Translations under genes and position numbers: made by a program | Shown: positions 1 through 13,822 of the stretch, piece by piece | Position numbering within the stretch: the stretch's first letter is position 1 | Layout of the letters: each line of letters begins with the position of its first letter | Assembly: GCA_001643675.2 (NCBI GenBank) | Contig: LSRY02000013.1 | Location: forward strand, 558,001 to 622,000 | Direction: 5' to 3' | Length of the DNA: 64,000 nucleotides | From: Monocercomonoides exilis PA203 | Taxonomy: Eukaryota > Protista > Preaxostyla | Notes under the pieces: generated by a model | Database searches by the model: none | The model's input: only the letters and a program-made list of their open reading frames with translations | Told to the model about the DNA's origin: nothing

Positions 1-327
1 GACACAAGCATCGCCTCTGGTGACTCAGCATCGGTGGGAGCTCGAAACAAGACGCCGCTGCAGACAAAGCGGACCATCACAAAATCTCCTCTTTCTGGAA
101 TGACGAAGGCGAAGGCCAAGCAGTCAGCTGCACCATCTGCAACACCCACGAGCAGGCCATCTTCAACAGGTGGAATGAAGGCATCAGACAAGACAACAAA
201 GACTGCTGCAAAGACCGCTCAAAAGGCTTCTCCGAAGGCAGTGGCAAAAGCGAAAAGGCCTGCTGTTCGGCCTGGTTTGGAGTCGACGATTGGCGAGGAG
301 GCGTTTTGGGGAACTGGAGACATGTAA
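1..327 (+). CDS. 3' end of an unidentified protein (Lys/Ala/Thr/Ser-rich tail), 5' part outside the window
   Basis: Frame 1 is open from base 1 (DTSIASGDSASVGARNKTPL...) to TAA at 325-327. Coding-like GC content is followed by an AT-rich UTR. No recognisable domain. Confidence 0.6.
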   Translation, partial: DTSIASGDSASVGARNKTPLQTKRTITKSPLSGMTKAKAKQSAAPSATPTSRPSSTGGMKASDKTTKTAAKTAQKASPKAVAKAKRPAVRPGLESTIGEEAFWGTGDM

Positions 328-726
328 AATGGATTGCCTTTCTTTTTCACTTTATTCTTTTTATTCTTCTGTTCATTTTCTGATTAATCACATTCTTATC
401 CATTTCAAAGAAAACATTTCATCTTTTTTTAAATTGAGGAGCCTCGAACTTAAAAACTCAACGTGTTTCTTTTCAGCAATTTCTATTTTGTTTATTGTGA
501 ATAGAAATGTTGCTGAAAAAGAGCAAAAACTCTTTTGAAGAACTGAAAAAGAAAAAGAAAAAGAAAAAGAAAAAGGAAAAAAAAAATGTTTTGAAACAAA
601 TGTGACAGGGGAGAAGAGCTATTGTGGTGAAGTGAAAGTGTTATCTCAACAGAATAGGAAGAATCGACAGAGACAGCTGAAAAAGCCGAGTGTGAATTAA
701 AAGACAGACACTTCCATCTCCTCCTT

Positions 727-3700
727 TCACTTCGAGTTCGCAGTGACGTAGATTTTGAGTGCGTTTTGCGCCTGTGGGTTTGTCAGCCTCTCGCTCATTG
801 CCCTCAGCTCGTCCATGTTTGTGACCTGCTTCGCCGCCTCCAGCGCATCAGTGAACTTTCCTGTGCCGATGATGCCTGAGATCACAAACAGCAGCTCGCA
901 CTTGACTATCTTGTTGGGTATCTGCTCAGCATATTTCAGCGCCTCCCGCGGCTGGTTGTATCGCAGGCAGATTTCGGTGAGCTGCTCCATTCCAACTGGA
1001 AACTTCTTCTCCTTTGCGATCTTCTCCAGCAAGTCCCACTTCCCTTTGAGCGAATATGCCTGCACTTTGATCCACGCATACCGCCTTTGCGACATCTTGA
1101 AGAAGTCTGCCAGCCCATCCGCCGCCCTCTCTTCTCCTTGGCAGATCAGCTCAAACAGGAAGTCCCGAAGTGACATGTCCACAAAACCTGATGAAATAAG
1201 TCAATTTGTTGAATATTTACACAAAATAGATTCCAATCAATTTAGAAAAAAAATAAACAGCATTTTCAGAATAAACAGGGAGAGAGAGAGAGAGAGAGAA
1301 AACAAACCATTCGGTCCGCAAGTGCCTGGCTCGTGTGGCTGATCAGCAGCAGTCAGATGAAACGGGATCCTTCTGATAGCCACGCCATTGTCGCCCAGCA
1401 GCCCCACCGTCGCCTTCTCCTCTTCCTCCAGCAGTCGCGAGTGCAGACCGAACTGCTTTGCCAGAAAGCTCACGAGCGCCCCCTTTCCCTCCGAAAGCGA
1501 GGCAGCCAGCTCCAAATCGTCCTTCCTTTCGCTCAGCGTCTCCTTCTCGTAGCTGTGCAGCGCCACCGCCCGCGCCACCTCGAGCCGGTTGTCCTGATTG
1601 TACTGCAGCAGCTTGTACAGCTCCAGCTCCCGCAGCCCCATCCGCCGGCAGTGCGCCAGAAACAGCTTGATGGCTGCTGGGTCGCTTGTCACCATCGCCA
1701 CAAAGCGCTGCACGTCTTCTGCATTCGGGTCCCAGTCTTCAGTCAGCCGGGGACGCATCTTGAAGATGCAGCGGAACACTGATGGAAATAGGGGTGACAT
1801 GAATGTGAAACAAAAGGAGTGAAATGAGATAATTATAAAATTCATAAAAGCAAGAAGAAAAAAAGAATGTATTGAGGAGGGGGAAAAAAATATGAATTTC
1901 TTTGAAAAGAAATAGGGAAAATGACAAACTCAGAAGAAGATTGCCAGATTGAGAAGCCTTTTGGATAGCTTTCAGAGGTTCGTCGATTGCAAGAAGAGTT
2001 TTGACTTGCTCAACAGGATTTGTTTCATAATCAAGCAACTGGAAATAATGTTTTTTATTGTATTTAAAGAAGCAACATCAACAATTAACAAGCATTGATA
2101 TTTTGACACAAAAAACATTCATGTTATTTCATTAAGCATTTACGTCTTAATAACAATATCACACACCATCGCAGCTATCTCCCTCTCTCCGTGTGCTGCT
2201 GCGTCTCTCGCCACTTTGGCAAAGCTGATTGTTGGACACGACGCAAACTTCTTGCAGATCTGGGCAACGAGCGTGTTGTTGTCTGGCCGTGGGTCAGAGG
2301 CAATCTTCACAGAAACAATAACATTTCATAATTCATTCATTCGTTTATTCGTTTATTCATTTGAATAAATAGAACATATCATTTATATTGATTAATACGT
2401 TCATAATAAATAAAAAATTGCATTCCAGTTCAAAACAATTATATATAAATTTCATTAAACAAATCATTCTTCACACTTTTGCACGTGCCCAGTGGATAAG
2501 CACAGGCTCTCTGCTGATTCTGAGGAAGTCGCATATTCTGCAGGCAATCAGATGTTTATGCCTGTTAGACAGCCGATCAATCATCGTGGGCACATTCAGC
2601 ACACGAAGTCTGTTGGAGAATGCAAGAAGGTTAAAAGGGAAATGAATGGGATGAAATAGAAGAAGTTAAATGAAAGAATATGAAATGGAAAATAACATTG
2701 AATATGAAGTTGTAAATAAATAAAATAAACAATAAAAAACATTATTATTCCCAAAAATAAAATAAAATAAAAAATAATGCAGTAACATATGCAAAATGAG
2801 CATAGCATACTCTTCCATCGTGGCAGGCATCTGGACGTCGTTGCTGCGGAGTGCATTGGCCACACGCAGCTGGCTGCATCTGCTGGCAAATGTGTTGCTG
2901 TCTGCATCCACACTCACTCGAGAAGTTCCATCGTCTCCTTCATTCTGAGTGTCTAATGAGCGACCAAAGGCTGCGGCCTATAAATATAATAGAAAATGTA
3001 TTGGGATAATAATTACACGTAGTGGATACATAAATATTTATTAAAATTTCATAATGATTATAACATTGAAACCAAAGATAAAACATGAACAACAAAAACA
3101 ACACAATCAGCAGCATCACATAAAAATTAAATAATAAATAAAATAAAATAAAATAAAATAAAATAAAATAAAATAAAATAAAATAAAATAAAATAAAATA
3201 AAATAAAATAAAATAAAATAAAATAAAATAAAATAAAATAAAATAAAATAAATACCTGCATGAGAGTGATCTGATGCTCTGCCTGTGTGAAAAAGCCGGC
3301 AGCGTTGATGAGGCTGCGGATGCCCTGGTCGAGGGACTTCCTGGTGGCTGTGAGGTAAGTGAAGAGCTCAGCACTTTCTGCGTGGAAGCGCTGGTATGTC
3401 TCAAGAAGCAGTGCACCAGGTGACATCGTGCCGACTTCTGTGAGTTCACTGACACACCCTGAAATATATATTGAAACACACACACGAATAAATTATTTAA
3501 AAAAAAAAGAAGAAGAATAATTGAATAATGAATGAATGTTGGACAAACTGTGAAGAGGAGAGAGAAAGCTTGCGTCTGTGCGACGGTAGATGCGAACACC
3601 ATCACATTCAGGTGACAGAAAGACTGGTGTGTCTTGGGGCATTCTAAATAAAGAAAAAATGATTGAAAATGAACAAGATTTATAAAAATGCAATAGAAAT

Positions 3701-4897
3701 AGATAAAAAGGTCGAAATGAAAAATATATGTCACAAATAAAATGACAGGTTGGAATTTTTTCTTCTTTGTTTTTAAAATGAAGACACACTTTTTAGCTTT
3801 GCCATCCAGCGTGAACAGAGCAATGGTGTCTGTGTCGTCAAACTGCTCGTCAGTCTCTCTGAAGACAAGGCACACTGCAATGTTCGAGCACCAACACAGC
3901 TGCACCATCACCCCATTCAAATCTGCTCGAAACTCAACGCTCTTTCGAGTGTCATTGAGATCAAAAATTCTCTGAAAAAAATAAAATAATTTGCATTTTC
4001 AATCAGAAAAGTCTAAAAAATCAAATGGTAACAAACAAGATAGCCTGTTGCATAATAAACAGCAAGTTTTTGCCCATCTGGTGAAGTGCACATCATAAGT
4101 AATTTTTCGAATCTTGGAACGGTCTATTTATTCCCGAATATAAAAATATGCAAAAAATAAAATTGTTCGTTGTTTTCAAAAAAAACGTTGAGCAAACCAA
4201 AGGAAGAACGTCTTCAGCTCCAATTTGATAGATGGTTCCTTCTGCATCATTGAAAAATGCTTCAATAATTGGTTTGTTATCCTTGAATACTATTGAAGGA
4301 CACATGAAAACAGGAGGTTGAAGGATAGGTTTGGCAACACGAACATCAATAACACGAGAAGTACTCGCATCCTTGATTTCATAAACCTTCAAATCTTCTC
4401 CAACAAGTAAAACAGTGTTATATGCAATAACAGCACTCAATATTTCTTGACATAAGTTAAAAGTTTTCACAATTTCATGAAACATTGAATAAATATTTAT
4501 TCTTCCATCACTATTTAAAAAAAAATAAATTGCAGTAAAAGAAAACGCTCAAATTGACTGGAATTAAAGCACTATATTTAAAAACAAACTGAAAAACGAC
4601 AACAAATAATTCATTCATCACCCATCCCATCTTTAAAATATCGCTCCAAGTTTTCGTGTCTATTTTATGCAATGGAGTACCATATGCGGTGAAGAAAGAA
4701 AGAAATGTAAGATCTTGTCCTCCAAGAATGATGCTTTCTGGTTTCTTTACGATACTTAGGGCGCCTCCACAAGGAGCAGCATGCATTTCAAGCCCAGATA
4801 AAGTTGGATAAGGCAATTCTTGCAACATCTGCATGGGTTCCTCCCTGAAACGCTCCTTCCCGAGCGTGAAACTCTCGGCAATGATAGTATCGATCAT
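727..4897 (-). CDS. VPS16: Vacuolar protein sorting 16 (HOPS/CORVET core subunit), multi-exon
   Basis: The N-terminal exon has the Vps16 motif (MHAAPCGGALSIV...FFTAYG...MGW). The last exon matches the Vps16 C-terminal domain (DFFKMSQRRYAWIKVQAY...WDLLEKIAKEKKFPVG). The middle contains QLRVANALR. Exon 1 is 4897-4590, exon 2 starts at 4510, further GT-AG introns follow, and the stop is TGA at 729-727. Confidence 0.9.
3136..3254. repeat. (AAAAT)n pentanucleotide microsatellite, about 24 units, in a VPS16 intron
   Basis: Directly visible. On the minus strand it starts at the GT donor (cag|gtattttattttatttt...). Confidence 0.95.
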
Positions 4898-4955
4898 AAA
4901 AAGTATGTTAGTATGGCTGTATTGATCAAGATTTCATAAAAAGCAGTTCGACTCA
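4898..4955. promoter_or_regulatory. Putative bidirectional promoter between VPS16 and ARPC1
   Basis: Only 58 bp separate the divergent start codons (4897 on minus, 4956 on plus). Confidence 0.55.
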
Positions 4956-6244
4956 ATGCAAGCGAAAGTTATAACCAGTCATTGCTGGAACGGTGACAGA
5001 ACAAGTTTGTAGTATTTCTTGCTCTTGTTGTTCAAGAATATATGTTGTCCATTGCTTTTGATCCTTTGCTCTTTTTTTGATAGAAATTGCTATTGTTCCA
5101 AACAACAACATCGTTGAAATCTACAAAGTTGATGGATTTGATCCAAAAGACTGGAAATTGGAAACACGTTTTCGCCCTGAGCACGCACAGCTTATTACGT
5201 GTATCGATTGGGTTTGCAAAAATTGTGTTTTTGTAAATACTTTTTATTTAATTTCTTTACACTGTCCAGGCTCCTAAAACAAATAGGATTTTGACATGCT
5301 CACAAGACAGAAACGCCTATGTGTGGTCTCCTCCAACTGATCCATCTGGCGAATGGACACCAGAAATTGTTCTTCTTCGTTTTGAAAGAGCAGCTACTTG
5401 CTGCTGCTGGTGCCCATCCGAAACTAAATTTGCAGTTGGTGGTTCACAAAAACATATTTCATGCTGCTTTTACGATGAAGGAAATGATTTCTGGGTCAGC
5501 AAGCGTTTAACACGTCACGCTTCGGCTGTTATGTCTCTTGCGTGGCATCCATCATCAATGATGCTTGCGTCATCTGGCTGCGATTTCAAATCATTTGTTC
5601 ATTCGGCATTATTGGAGTCCGCTGGAGACAAAAGAAAAGCAATGTTAGATCATTTTGGCCAAGTGAAAGGATGCAACCACGGGACAACAATCCACACAGA
5701 GACAACCACTGGTTCATGGGTATCACTTGTGTTCTGGTCACCAGACGGTCTCCGTTTAGCAATGTGCCCACGTAATTCAACTCTTCAAGTTCTTCATTTT
5801 GATGCAAGCGCACCAGAAGAGGTGAAGCCCAAGAAATATGTTGTTCTATTGAAATCTTTGCCATTCACATGTGGTGTGTTTGTCGACAGCGACCATATTG
5901 TGGCAGCTGGATACGACGCTCAGCCTTCGCTCCTGGCCTTCAACAAAGAGAAGGACAATTGGGAGTTCGAACGCTTTTTGGTTGCTGAAGAGGCATCATT
6001 GGGAAAAGCCAGTGAAGCCCCAAAGTCAGGTGCTCTGGCAGCTATGGCAAGATTCCAGGCCAAAACAATGACAGGGCAGACCGATGCAAGTTCTTCCTCT
6101 TCCTCTTCCTCTGACAAGCCTGTTGATGGACACACAAACGCCACAACTGCACTGAAAATTGCAAAGACTAGTCCAGACGGGAGAGTCACTCACATCTCAT
6201 CATCTGGTTTGGATGGAAAATTGCTGATCTGGAAAGTCGAATAA
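4956..6244 (+). CDS. ARPC1: Arp2/3 complex subunit 1 (p41-Arc, WD40), about 383 aa
   Basis: Exons 4956-5004, 5084-5211 and 5270-6244 splice in frame. The protein reads MQAKVITSHCWNGDRTKIAIVPNNN...[25 protein letters not shown]...RAATCCCWCPSETKFAVG...NDFWVSK...SSGLDGKLLIW, which are ARPC1 hallmarks. Confidence 0.95.
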
Positions 6245-6532
6245 ATTTGATGTAATTTGATCAAGCTTGCAAATTTCAATATTGAAAAGAGTTAAAAACA
6301 AAACGCGAAAACATTTTTTGAAAGCCTCTTTTTCGTACAGACTTATTTTTTTAAACTTTATTTTATTTGAGAGAATCATGTCGTATCTTCTTTCATCAAA
6401 TGTAGTTGAATAATTAAATATACAACAAAAATTGTGAGGCATTTTTAAATTTATAAACATCTTCATTAAAAATTTGAAAGTAATTATTCCAAAAAAAAGA
6501 AAAAAAAATTTTTTTACCCATAGTTCACAACC

Positions 6533-9500
6533 ATGTCAAGATTTTTCACCCAAACTCTCACCGATCTCATCAAAAGCATTCGAGAAAATTCTCGTAATGA
6601 AGTTGCTTTTGTGAATGAAACCGTTAGACAGATACGTGAGGAGCTTAAAACAAAGAAAACAACAGAACATGGATTGCCTATTCAGAAGTTGGCTTATTTG
6701 CATCTTTTAGGATATGACCAAAGCTGGGCAGCCTTTAATGTTGTACAAGTGATGGCTCAGCCAAAGTTTTATTTGAAGAGGATTGGTTATCTTACTGCAA
6801 CACAGTTTTTTGAAGAAGGAAATGATTGCATTATGCTTGCAACACAAACAATTAAAAAAGTTTTATCCTTATTTTTCTCTTAATATCTTTTATATTTTAA
6901 TGTTTACAAATGATAATTTTTACAATTTAGGATTTTTCAAGCAGAAATCAATATGAAGTTGGATTGGCTCTTACTTGCGTTGCCAACCTGTGCAATGAAG
7001 ATCTTGCAAACAACACAGTTTCGGACATTGTTGGAATGCTCAATTCCCAATCTTCATACATTAAAAAAAGAGCAATTATTGCATGCTACAGAATTATGTT
7101 AAAAGTCCCAGCAAACATAAGAGCCATTTTCCCACGTTTAAAGGACAAATTGGAAGATCCAGATCCTGGTGTTTGTTCTGCCGCTGTTAGCGTGTTTACT
7201 GAACTAGCATTCAAAAACCCGAAAAATGTCTTGGAGCTTGCCCCACAATGCTACAAACTTTTGGTTGAGTCAAATCAAGTTTGGATGCAAATCAAACTTG
7301 TTAAACTGGTATGCACGTCATTCATTATAAACATATTTTATTAATATAAACACTATTTTTCTTGTTATTGCTGTGCAATTAACTTATTCCATTCAAATAA
7401 TAGTTGGGCTGCCTGTTTCCACTTGAGCCTCGACTCCCAAAGAAAATGGCAGACGTGCTGTTGAACCTGATATCCTCAACACACGCCAAGTCCCTCCAAT
7501 TTGAGTGCATCCGTGCTGCCCTTACAGCCTGCCAGGAGGTACCTGCGTTTGTCCCAACCTGTGTCGACCGTCTTCGCGAGTTCGTGACAGACAACGATCC
7601 AAACCTGACATACCTTGGCTTGTGGGGACTGAGCCAGGTGATGAAGATCCACCCGAAGGCAGTGGTGGAACACAGAGCACTGATTCTCGAGTGCCTGAAG
7701 TCGCCCGACACGTCCATCCGTCTCCGCTCATTGGACATCATTGCAGGAATGATTTCACAGAGAACATTCGAGTCAATCGCTGAGAACTTGCTGGAGATCC
7801 TTCGGGAGACAACTGGTGACTCCACATTCAAAACGGCTGTGGTTGAGAAATTGCTGACTGTGGCGATGGAAGATAACTATGCAAAAGTGCCTGACTTCGA
7901 GTGGCTGGTGGAGCTGATCTTGAAGCTATCGCTTTTGGGAGGTGTGGGACATGGCGAGCTGATGGGACGAACGCTGTTGGATGTGATGCCCCGTGTGAAG
8001 GCAGTGCGTGCTCGCGGAGTGAGGCTGATGGTTGACTACATCTCGAAAGTGTCGCTCGACCTGCTCTCCTTCAAGGGAGTGGCACAGCGCGGAAACAACG
8101 ACTTCCCGTCAGATGTGATTGAGTCATCCGCGTGGTGCATTGGAGAATACTGCGATTACGTTGCAACTGCTGATGGAGACGATGATGATGAGAGCGACAG
8201 CGACAGTAGCAGCGACAGTGATGATGACAGTGACGATGGACACCGCCACAGAGGGAAGAAGCGCCTGAGTGAGGAAGAGAGGAGAGAGAAAGTGAGCGAA
8301 GTGGTGATGCTGCTGCTGAACCCCAGCTGGCTTTCTCTGCCAGCCTCTGCACAGGCATCGCTTGTTTGGGCTGCACTGAAGGTGCTCACAGCCAATCCGA
8401 CGATTTTGGTGAAGGAGAACATCAGCAAGGCAGTCAAGAAGATTGTGAAGAACCAGACACTGATTGCTGCACTGCCTTTGTCATTCCTCGAGAGATTTGC
8501 ATTTGACATTGAAGACGAAGAGGAGGAGAACAAAGCCGACGATTCAGACAACGAAAGCGATACAAAAGAGGACAGCGAATCACACGATGAAGATGATGAG
8601 AATTCAGAGAGCGCTGCTGAAAAAGCAAAAGCACTGAAGAAGAAGAAAGAGGAGAGGACGAAAGAGGAAAGACTGCTGAGGTCGCTGCTGGAGTATGCGC
8701 GGTCGCCGTACATCGAAGTGCAGGAGAGGGCGTTTCTTGTGTTCAATGTGATTGTGGATGCCTTCCCCGTCGACGATTTCGAGGCGATCTTTTCGGAGGA
8801 GATGAAAGTGGTGAGCAAAGAGGCGCAGAGCAAAGTGCCCATTGTGGAAGGGCTGGAGCTCGATGAGGTGATCGACAAGGCGTGGAAGCGCAGCACCGAA
8901 GAAGACAGCGACGACGAAGACAACACTGGCTTTGGAGGGAAGATCAAGAGCGGAATCAATGTTGGATATGGCTTCTTCTTTGAGCCTCGCAAGCAGCCAA
9001 CTCAGTCATCGCTTTCTGCACTGCGTGACGAAGGCGTCGGATCAGGTTCCCAGTCATACGGTGGAATCTCCCCGAATTCGTCTCCTTCTGCAGTTGACAC
9101 GAAGCTTGGGGATATGTTCAACATTGGAAGCGACTCGAAGAGCGGGCACAAGCACAAGAGGAGCACAGATAGAGAAAAGAGCTCGCACCGCCACAGAGAC
9201 AAGCACCACCACTCGCATCGCCGCCATCACCACAGAGACTCCAGCGCTGAGGATGAGTCTGACCGCAACAGCTCAGCCTCACCTGCACGCGATGAGCGCA
9301 CAGAGAGCAAGAAGAGCAAAGACAAAGAGGCCGATCTCTTCTTCGGGTCGAGCACACCATCGTCGAAGAAAACGAAGAAGCCAGTGCGTCCAGTTGTGAT
9401 TGACTCGCTGGATGATGGCTACCCGGATCTCTCGCCTTCACCCGCAGCATCACCATCGAAGCTGAAGAAGGACTCGTCTGCTCAGTCGTCTTCGAAGAGC

Positions 9501-10316
9501 AAGATCGAAGACCTCTCCACAATCGACATCCACGATTCAGATGAGACATACGAGCTGCCAACTGTAAAGGCATATGCCCCACCGTCTGTTGGTGGATATG
9601 CCAGCCCTGCTGCTTCACCACCACAGGCATCGCCATCATCTAAACACGGTTCGCACAGACACCGCCACAGAGATGAGGATGAGAAGGCAGCATCGGTTGA
9701 GTCCAGCCCGAAAGCGCAGCCAGCTGCAGTGTCGTCGACATATGCAGATTCGATGTTTATTCTGCCATCGACAAAGAGAGACGCGAAGGAGGCAAAAGAC
9801 AAAAGCAGCCAGAAGGAGAGCGAGAAGGACAAAGATAGAAAGAAGGAGAAGGACAGCAAAGGACATCGCCACGACAAAGACAGACATGGAGACAAAGACA
9901 AAGACGAGAAGAAGGAAAGAAGCAGAGACAAAGATAGAGAGAAAGATTCTGAGAAGAGCAGATCATCAAAGAAAGAGTCGTCTTCTTCCTCCAAAAAGGC
10001 TGAAAAGGCATCGGATGACATGGACGATCTTCTTGCTGCATTTGATGCTGCACCACGTCCGATCAGCATTCCATACTCTGCTATGCCTGCCTCAGAGCAG
10101 CCGTCAACGTCTTCATCTTCTTCATCTTCTTCTTCGAAGAAGGAGAGCAGCAAAGAGAGCTCAAAGAGAGATAGTGACAAGCACAGGGATAGAGACAGAG
10201 ACAGAGACAGAGATAGAGGAAGAGATCATGGCTCAGATAAGAAAGAAAAGGACAAAGGATCAGACAAGCACGAGAAGTCGCATCACAGCAGCCATCGTCA
10301 CAGTCACAGACATTAG
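6533..10316 (+). CDS. AP3D1: AP-3 complex subunit delta, about 1205 aa
   Basis: Exons 6533-6859, 6931-7308 and 7404-10316. Motifs TLTDLIKSIR, KLAYLHLLGYDQSWAAFNVVQVM, KRIGYL, FPRLKDKLEDPDPGV, LEPRLPKK, DPNLTYLGL, EVQERA and KEAQSKVPIVEGLELD match delta-adaptin. Confidence 0.93.
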
Positions 10317-11223
10317 TTGAGTGTATTTACAATAATTATCTTTCTTTTATCGTCTATCATTTGACTTTCCTTTTTTCCAAAATTCTTTCTAACATTTGCA
10401 GAGAGTTTTATTTTAATTGTGAAATAAAAAATTACTTATTTATGTTCATCTACTTAAAAATGAAAAAAAAGCGAGGGAATTGTTGCTGGAGTGAGAGTTT
10501 CACAACACATAAATAAACAGATATGAAAGTGTTAAAAACAAAGAATAATAATAAAATATTTTTCATTCATTACATTTTGAAATCTTTGATAGTTCATTAT
10601 AAATTTTTTCTTATCTGTTTTTATTCACATGATTTTCAAATTGCAGAGAAGATGCAAGCAGTGTGCAGTTTCCTTCTCTCAGAAAATATTGCAAACTTTA
10701 AACTATAAGAAAATAAATGGACACAGAAAGATGCAAAAACTGAAAGTGTTTGAAAAATTATTGAAAAGATTAAAGATTACAGCAGGTCCATTGAACTTAT
10801 AAGCTCTTTTTCATACAATAAAATTGAGTCATGATTGGAAATGATGCAGTTGTGAAAAATGGACTGTTTCTTACTCAAGTTTAACAACATAACAAAATTT
10901 TTATAAAGAAAATATTTTACAGTTTTCATGGATTATCTAAACATTGCTCAGAAAAGTGTCAAAATGTGTATATTAATGTTTTTATTTGCAACAATTTCGA
11001 ATACCATTTAAAAACTTTGTAAACATACAAAGAAAAAACGAAATAATAATTTCAAGATTCATAATCAATTCGCAAAAACAAAAAATTATTGAACTAGCAA
11101 GGAGGCATTTAAAGAATTGATGTCTTGCAGATTAAGGAACAAAAAATCACGAAAACATTATAATAGCAAAGCTTTCTGAAAATAATCGTTAAGATCAGTT
11201 ACCCACTATTAAACATTTAGGAA

Positions 11224-13822
11224 ATGGATAATTTGAAAGAATTTATTTCATTTTTATCTAAAGAGGGGGAGACACCGCCAGCACCAGAGACACAAGAATC
11301 AATAGAAACACAGATAGAGGATGAACCCCGTTTTGATTCTGAATCTTTAAGTGCGCATGCAAAACAAACATTTCAAGCATCTGCTCTTTTAAGTAAACTT
11401 CCAAAAGCTGAACTCCAAACGTTACCTCTCAAATTTCAAGGATTTACATCATTGATTATTCCTTCAACGATAAATGAGAATCGAAAAGCATTGAAAACTC
11501 AATTTCTCAACGTTGTTCAAGCAATTCATGAAGAGACGAATCTTCCAATGATTTCAGATCCTTTAGCCATATCATCACTTGTTTGAAGACATATTTATAT
11601 CTTCTGTTTTTATCAAATTTTGTATTCAGAATGAAAAACTTCATTACGGACGAATTGTTTCGGATGATGTTTCTGAAGGACATCTTGTTCCTTCCTCAAT
11701 TTTAATTGAAGATTTCGAAGGGAAGACAATGCCTTTGCGTTTTTCTGTTCCGTATTGCGTTTTCCCTGGACAAGTTTGTTTTGTAAACAGAGTTAACTTT
11801 GTTCAATATTTTTTAATGAAAAGACCGTTGCAATTAGAGGAACAAATCCACAAGGAAATTTCATACAAGTTACAGAATTTATGGATGTATGTTTTATTCT
11901 ATTTACTTCATAAGCTATTTATGTCTTGTTCTCAACGAATAAGGGTTCTTTTCCAGCAGTTCCAGACCCATCAACAGAAGGAGGTGTTGCTCCTCAGGGA
12001 ATGCAAATCATAACGGTTCAAGGACCATTTTGGGCACCTTCTGAATCACAATGTATTTTCTTTGCATTAACATAAAACAATTATCATATTTTTAAAATTC
12101 TTCATTAGCCTTTGATATTCCACAAGATCCTTCAGAAGTCGATTTGCCAATTCTGAAGCCGTTGATAAAGCACATACAAAAAAATAAACCACATTTCGTG
12201 ATAATGGTATGTATTGATTTTTTTAAGAACAAAACTTCCTTTTATCTTAACTTTCAAATATCTAATTTTTTGAATGATAATCATTGCATTTTTGATTTCC
12301 ATAGTTTGGCCCGTTTCTTCAGTCAATGAATGACAGCTCGCTTGTTTATCAAGCAATGATGAAAGGGCTCCGACCAGAACTTGTGTTCGATGCGATTGTG
12401 ATGCAGATGGGTGTGTTTTGATTTTGTATTTTTATTTTTATAATTATCTTGTTATATTCACTTCATTTGTGTCATTTGGCAACTTCTTTCTTTCAGCTGC
12501 TGCCGCCGCTGCAACTCCACACACAAGATTTATTCTGGTTCCTTCATCGCAGGATTTGGCATACACAACAGACAGCGTCATTCCAATGAGGCCATTCGAA
12601 ATCGATCTCTCAGCCATCCCTTCGTCTTCAATGGATCCCAATCTCCACCCAAGAAATGTATGCTTAATTTTTTATCAGTCTTTGAAATATGTTAAATAAA
12701 TTGGAACATAAATGAATAATTGCTTTGTCTGTGATTTCACTCATCATCTTTGTAGCTGATGTATTTGGTATCTAATCCTTGTTTTGCAACACTCGATGGC
12801 CTTCGCGTCTGCTTGTTTGCAGAAGACGTCTTTCTTCATCTCAACAAAACTGCTTGTTTAGAGTGTGCTTCTTTTTGTTTATTTTTTATGATTTTTCATG
12901 AAATGAAATTCATTTTTTTTTTTTTTTTTGCACTAACATATTTTTTCATTCTTTTATTATTGCACTCAAACACAAAACATATAGATTTGTTGTTGCTCCT
13001 TCCTCTCCTCGTATTGGCTCTCCTGCTCTTCCTCCACTTCCATCTCCATCGTCTCAGCCTCTGTCAAGCTCTTCCTCTTCAAACAGTCAACCTTCTTCTC
13101 CTCCTCTTTCACCGCCTTTCTCAGAACCATTGAATGCTTCTTCTCCGACTTCTTCATCTGCTTCTTCTGCCATCTCCACATTCGCTGCAAGATTCAATGC
13201 AACAGACAAGGAATCGGCATTTTGTGAATGCTTGCTGAAGCAGAGAAGGTTTGAGTGCTCATTTTTTAATATTGGAATGATTTGTTAATGAATATCATTA
13301 TTTGTTAATGCATTATAATGCATTCATTTTGCCTTGCTTAGTGTTTATCCCATCTATCCAGCATATGCTCCACCTGCAACAATCAGAAGAAGACAGGCAG
13401 ATATGTTGATGCCAACCGATGAAGAAGCCGACGGGGCGTCTGCATTTGCAGTGGATGTGACACAGAGAGAAATGCTGAAAATTGAAGAAAATCCTCATCT
13501 TTTCATTACACCTTCTGTTCTGCGTCCGTTTGTGAAGGTTTGAGAAAGATAGAATGTTTCATTTTTAACTTTTCTTCTTTTCTTCATTTTTTCATTTTTT
13601 CACTCAAAATTTTCTGGTTTTCAATCTTTCTATTTGATATTTTTGATTGGTTCAAATAATCAACAGAAAACAAATGACTGTGTGTTTGTGACTGGCGGTT
13701 CTCTTTTGAGGCTCCGGAACTTTGTGACCATCACAGTGGCACCTCCAAGCAGCGATCTTGAATCGACCATTGTAAAGCCAGTGGATGAGAGAATTCGTGT
13801 TGATTTGTGCAAGTTCGAATGA
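11224..13822 (+). CDS. POLA2: DNA polymerase alpha subunit B (Pol12), multi-exon; start codon uncertain
   Basis: Ordered exon motifs of the polymerase B subunit: YCVFPGQ/VAIRGTNP, VQGPF, PHFVIM/FGPF, FILVPSSQD, VSNPCFATLDG, LLKQR/VYPIYP and PHLFITPSVLRPFVK. Stop is TGA at 13820-13822. Confidence 0.85.

Noticed and set aside
2940-3920. 326-aa ORF with FYFIL repeats
   Set aside because: Read-through of VPS16 introns and the (AAAAT)n microsatellite.
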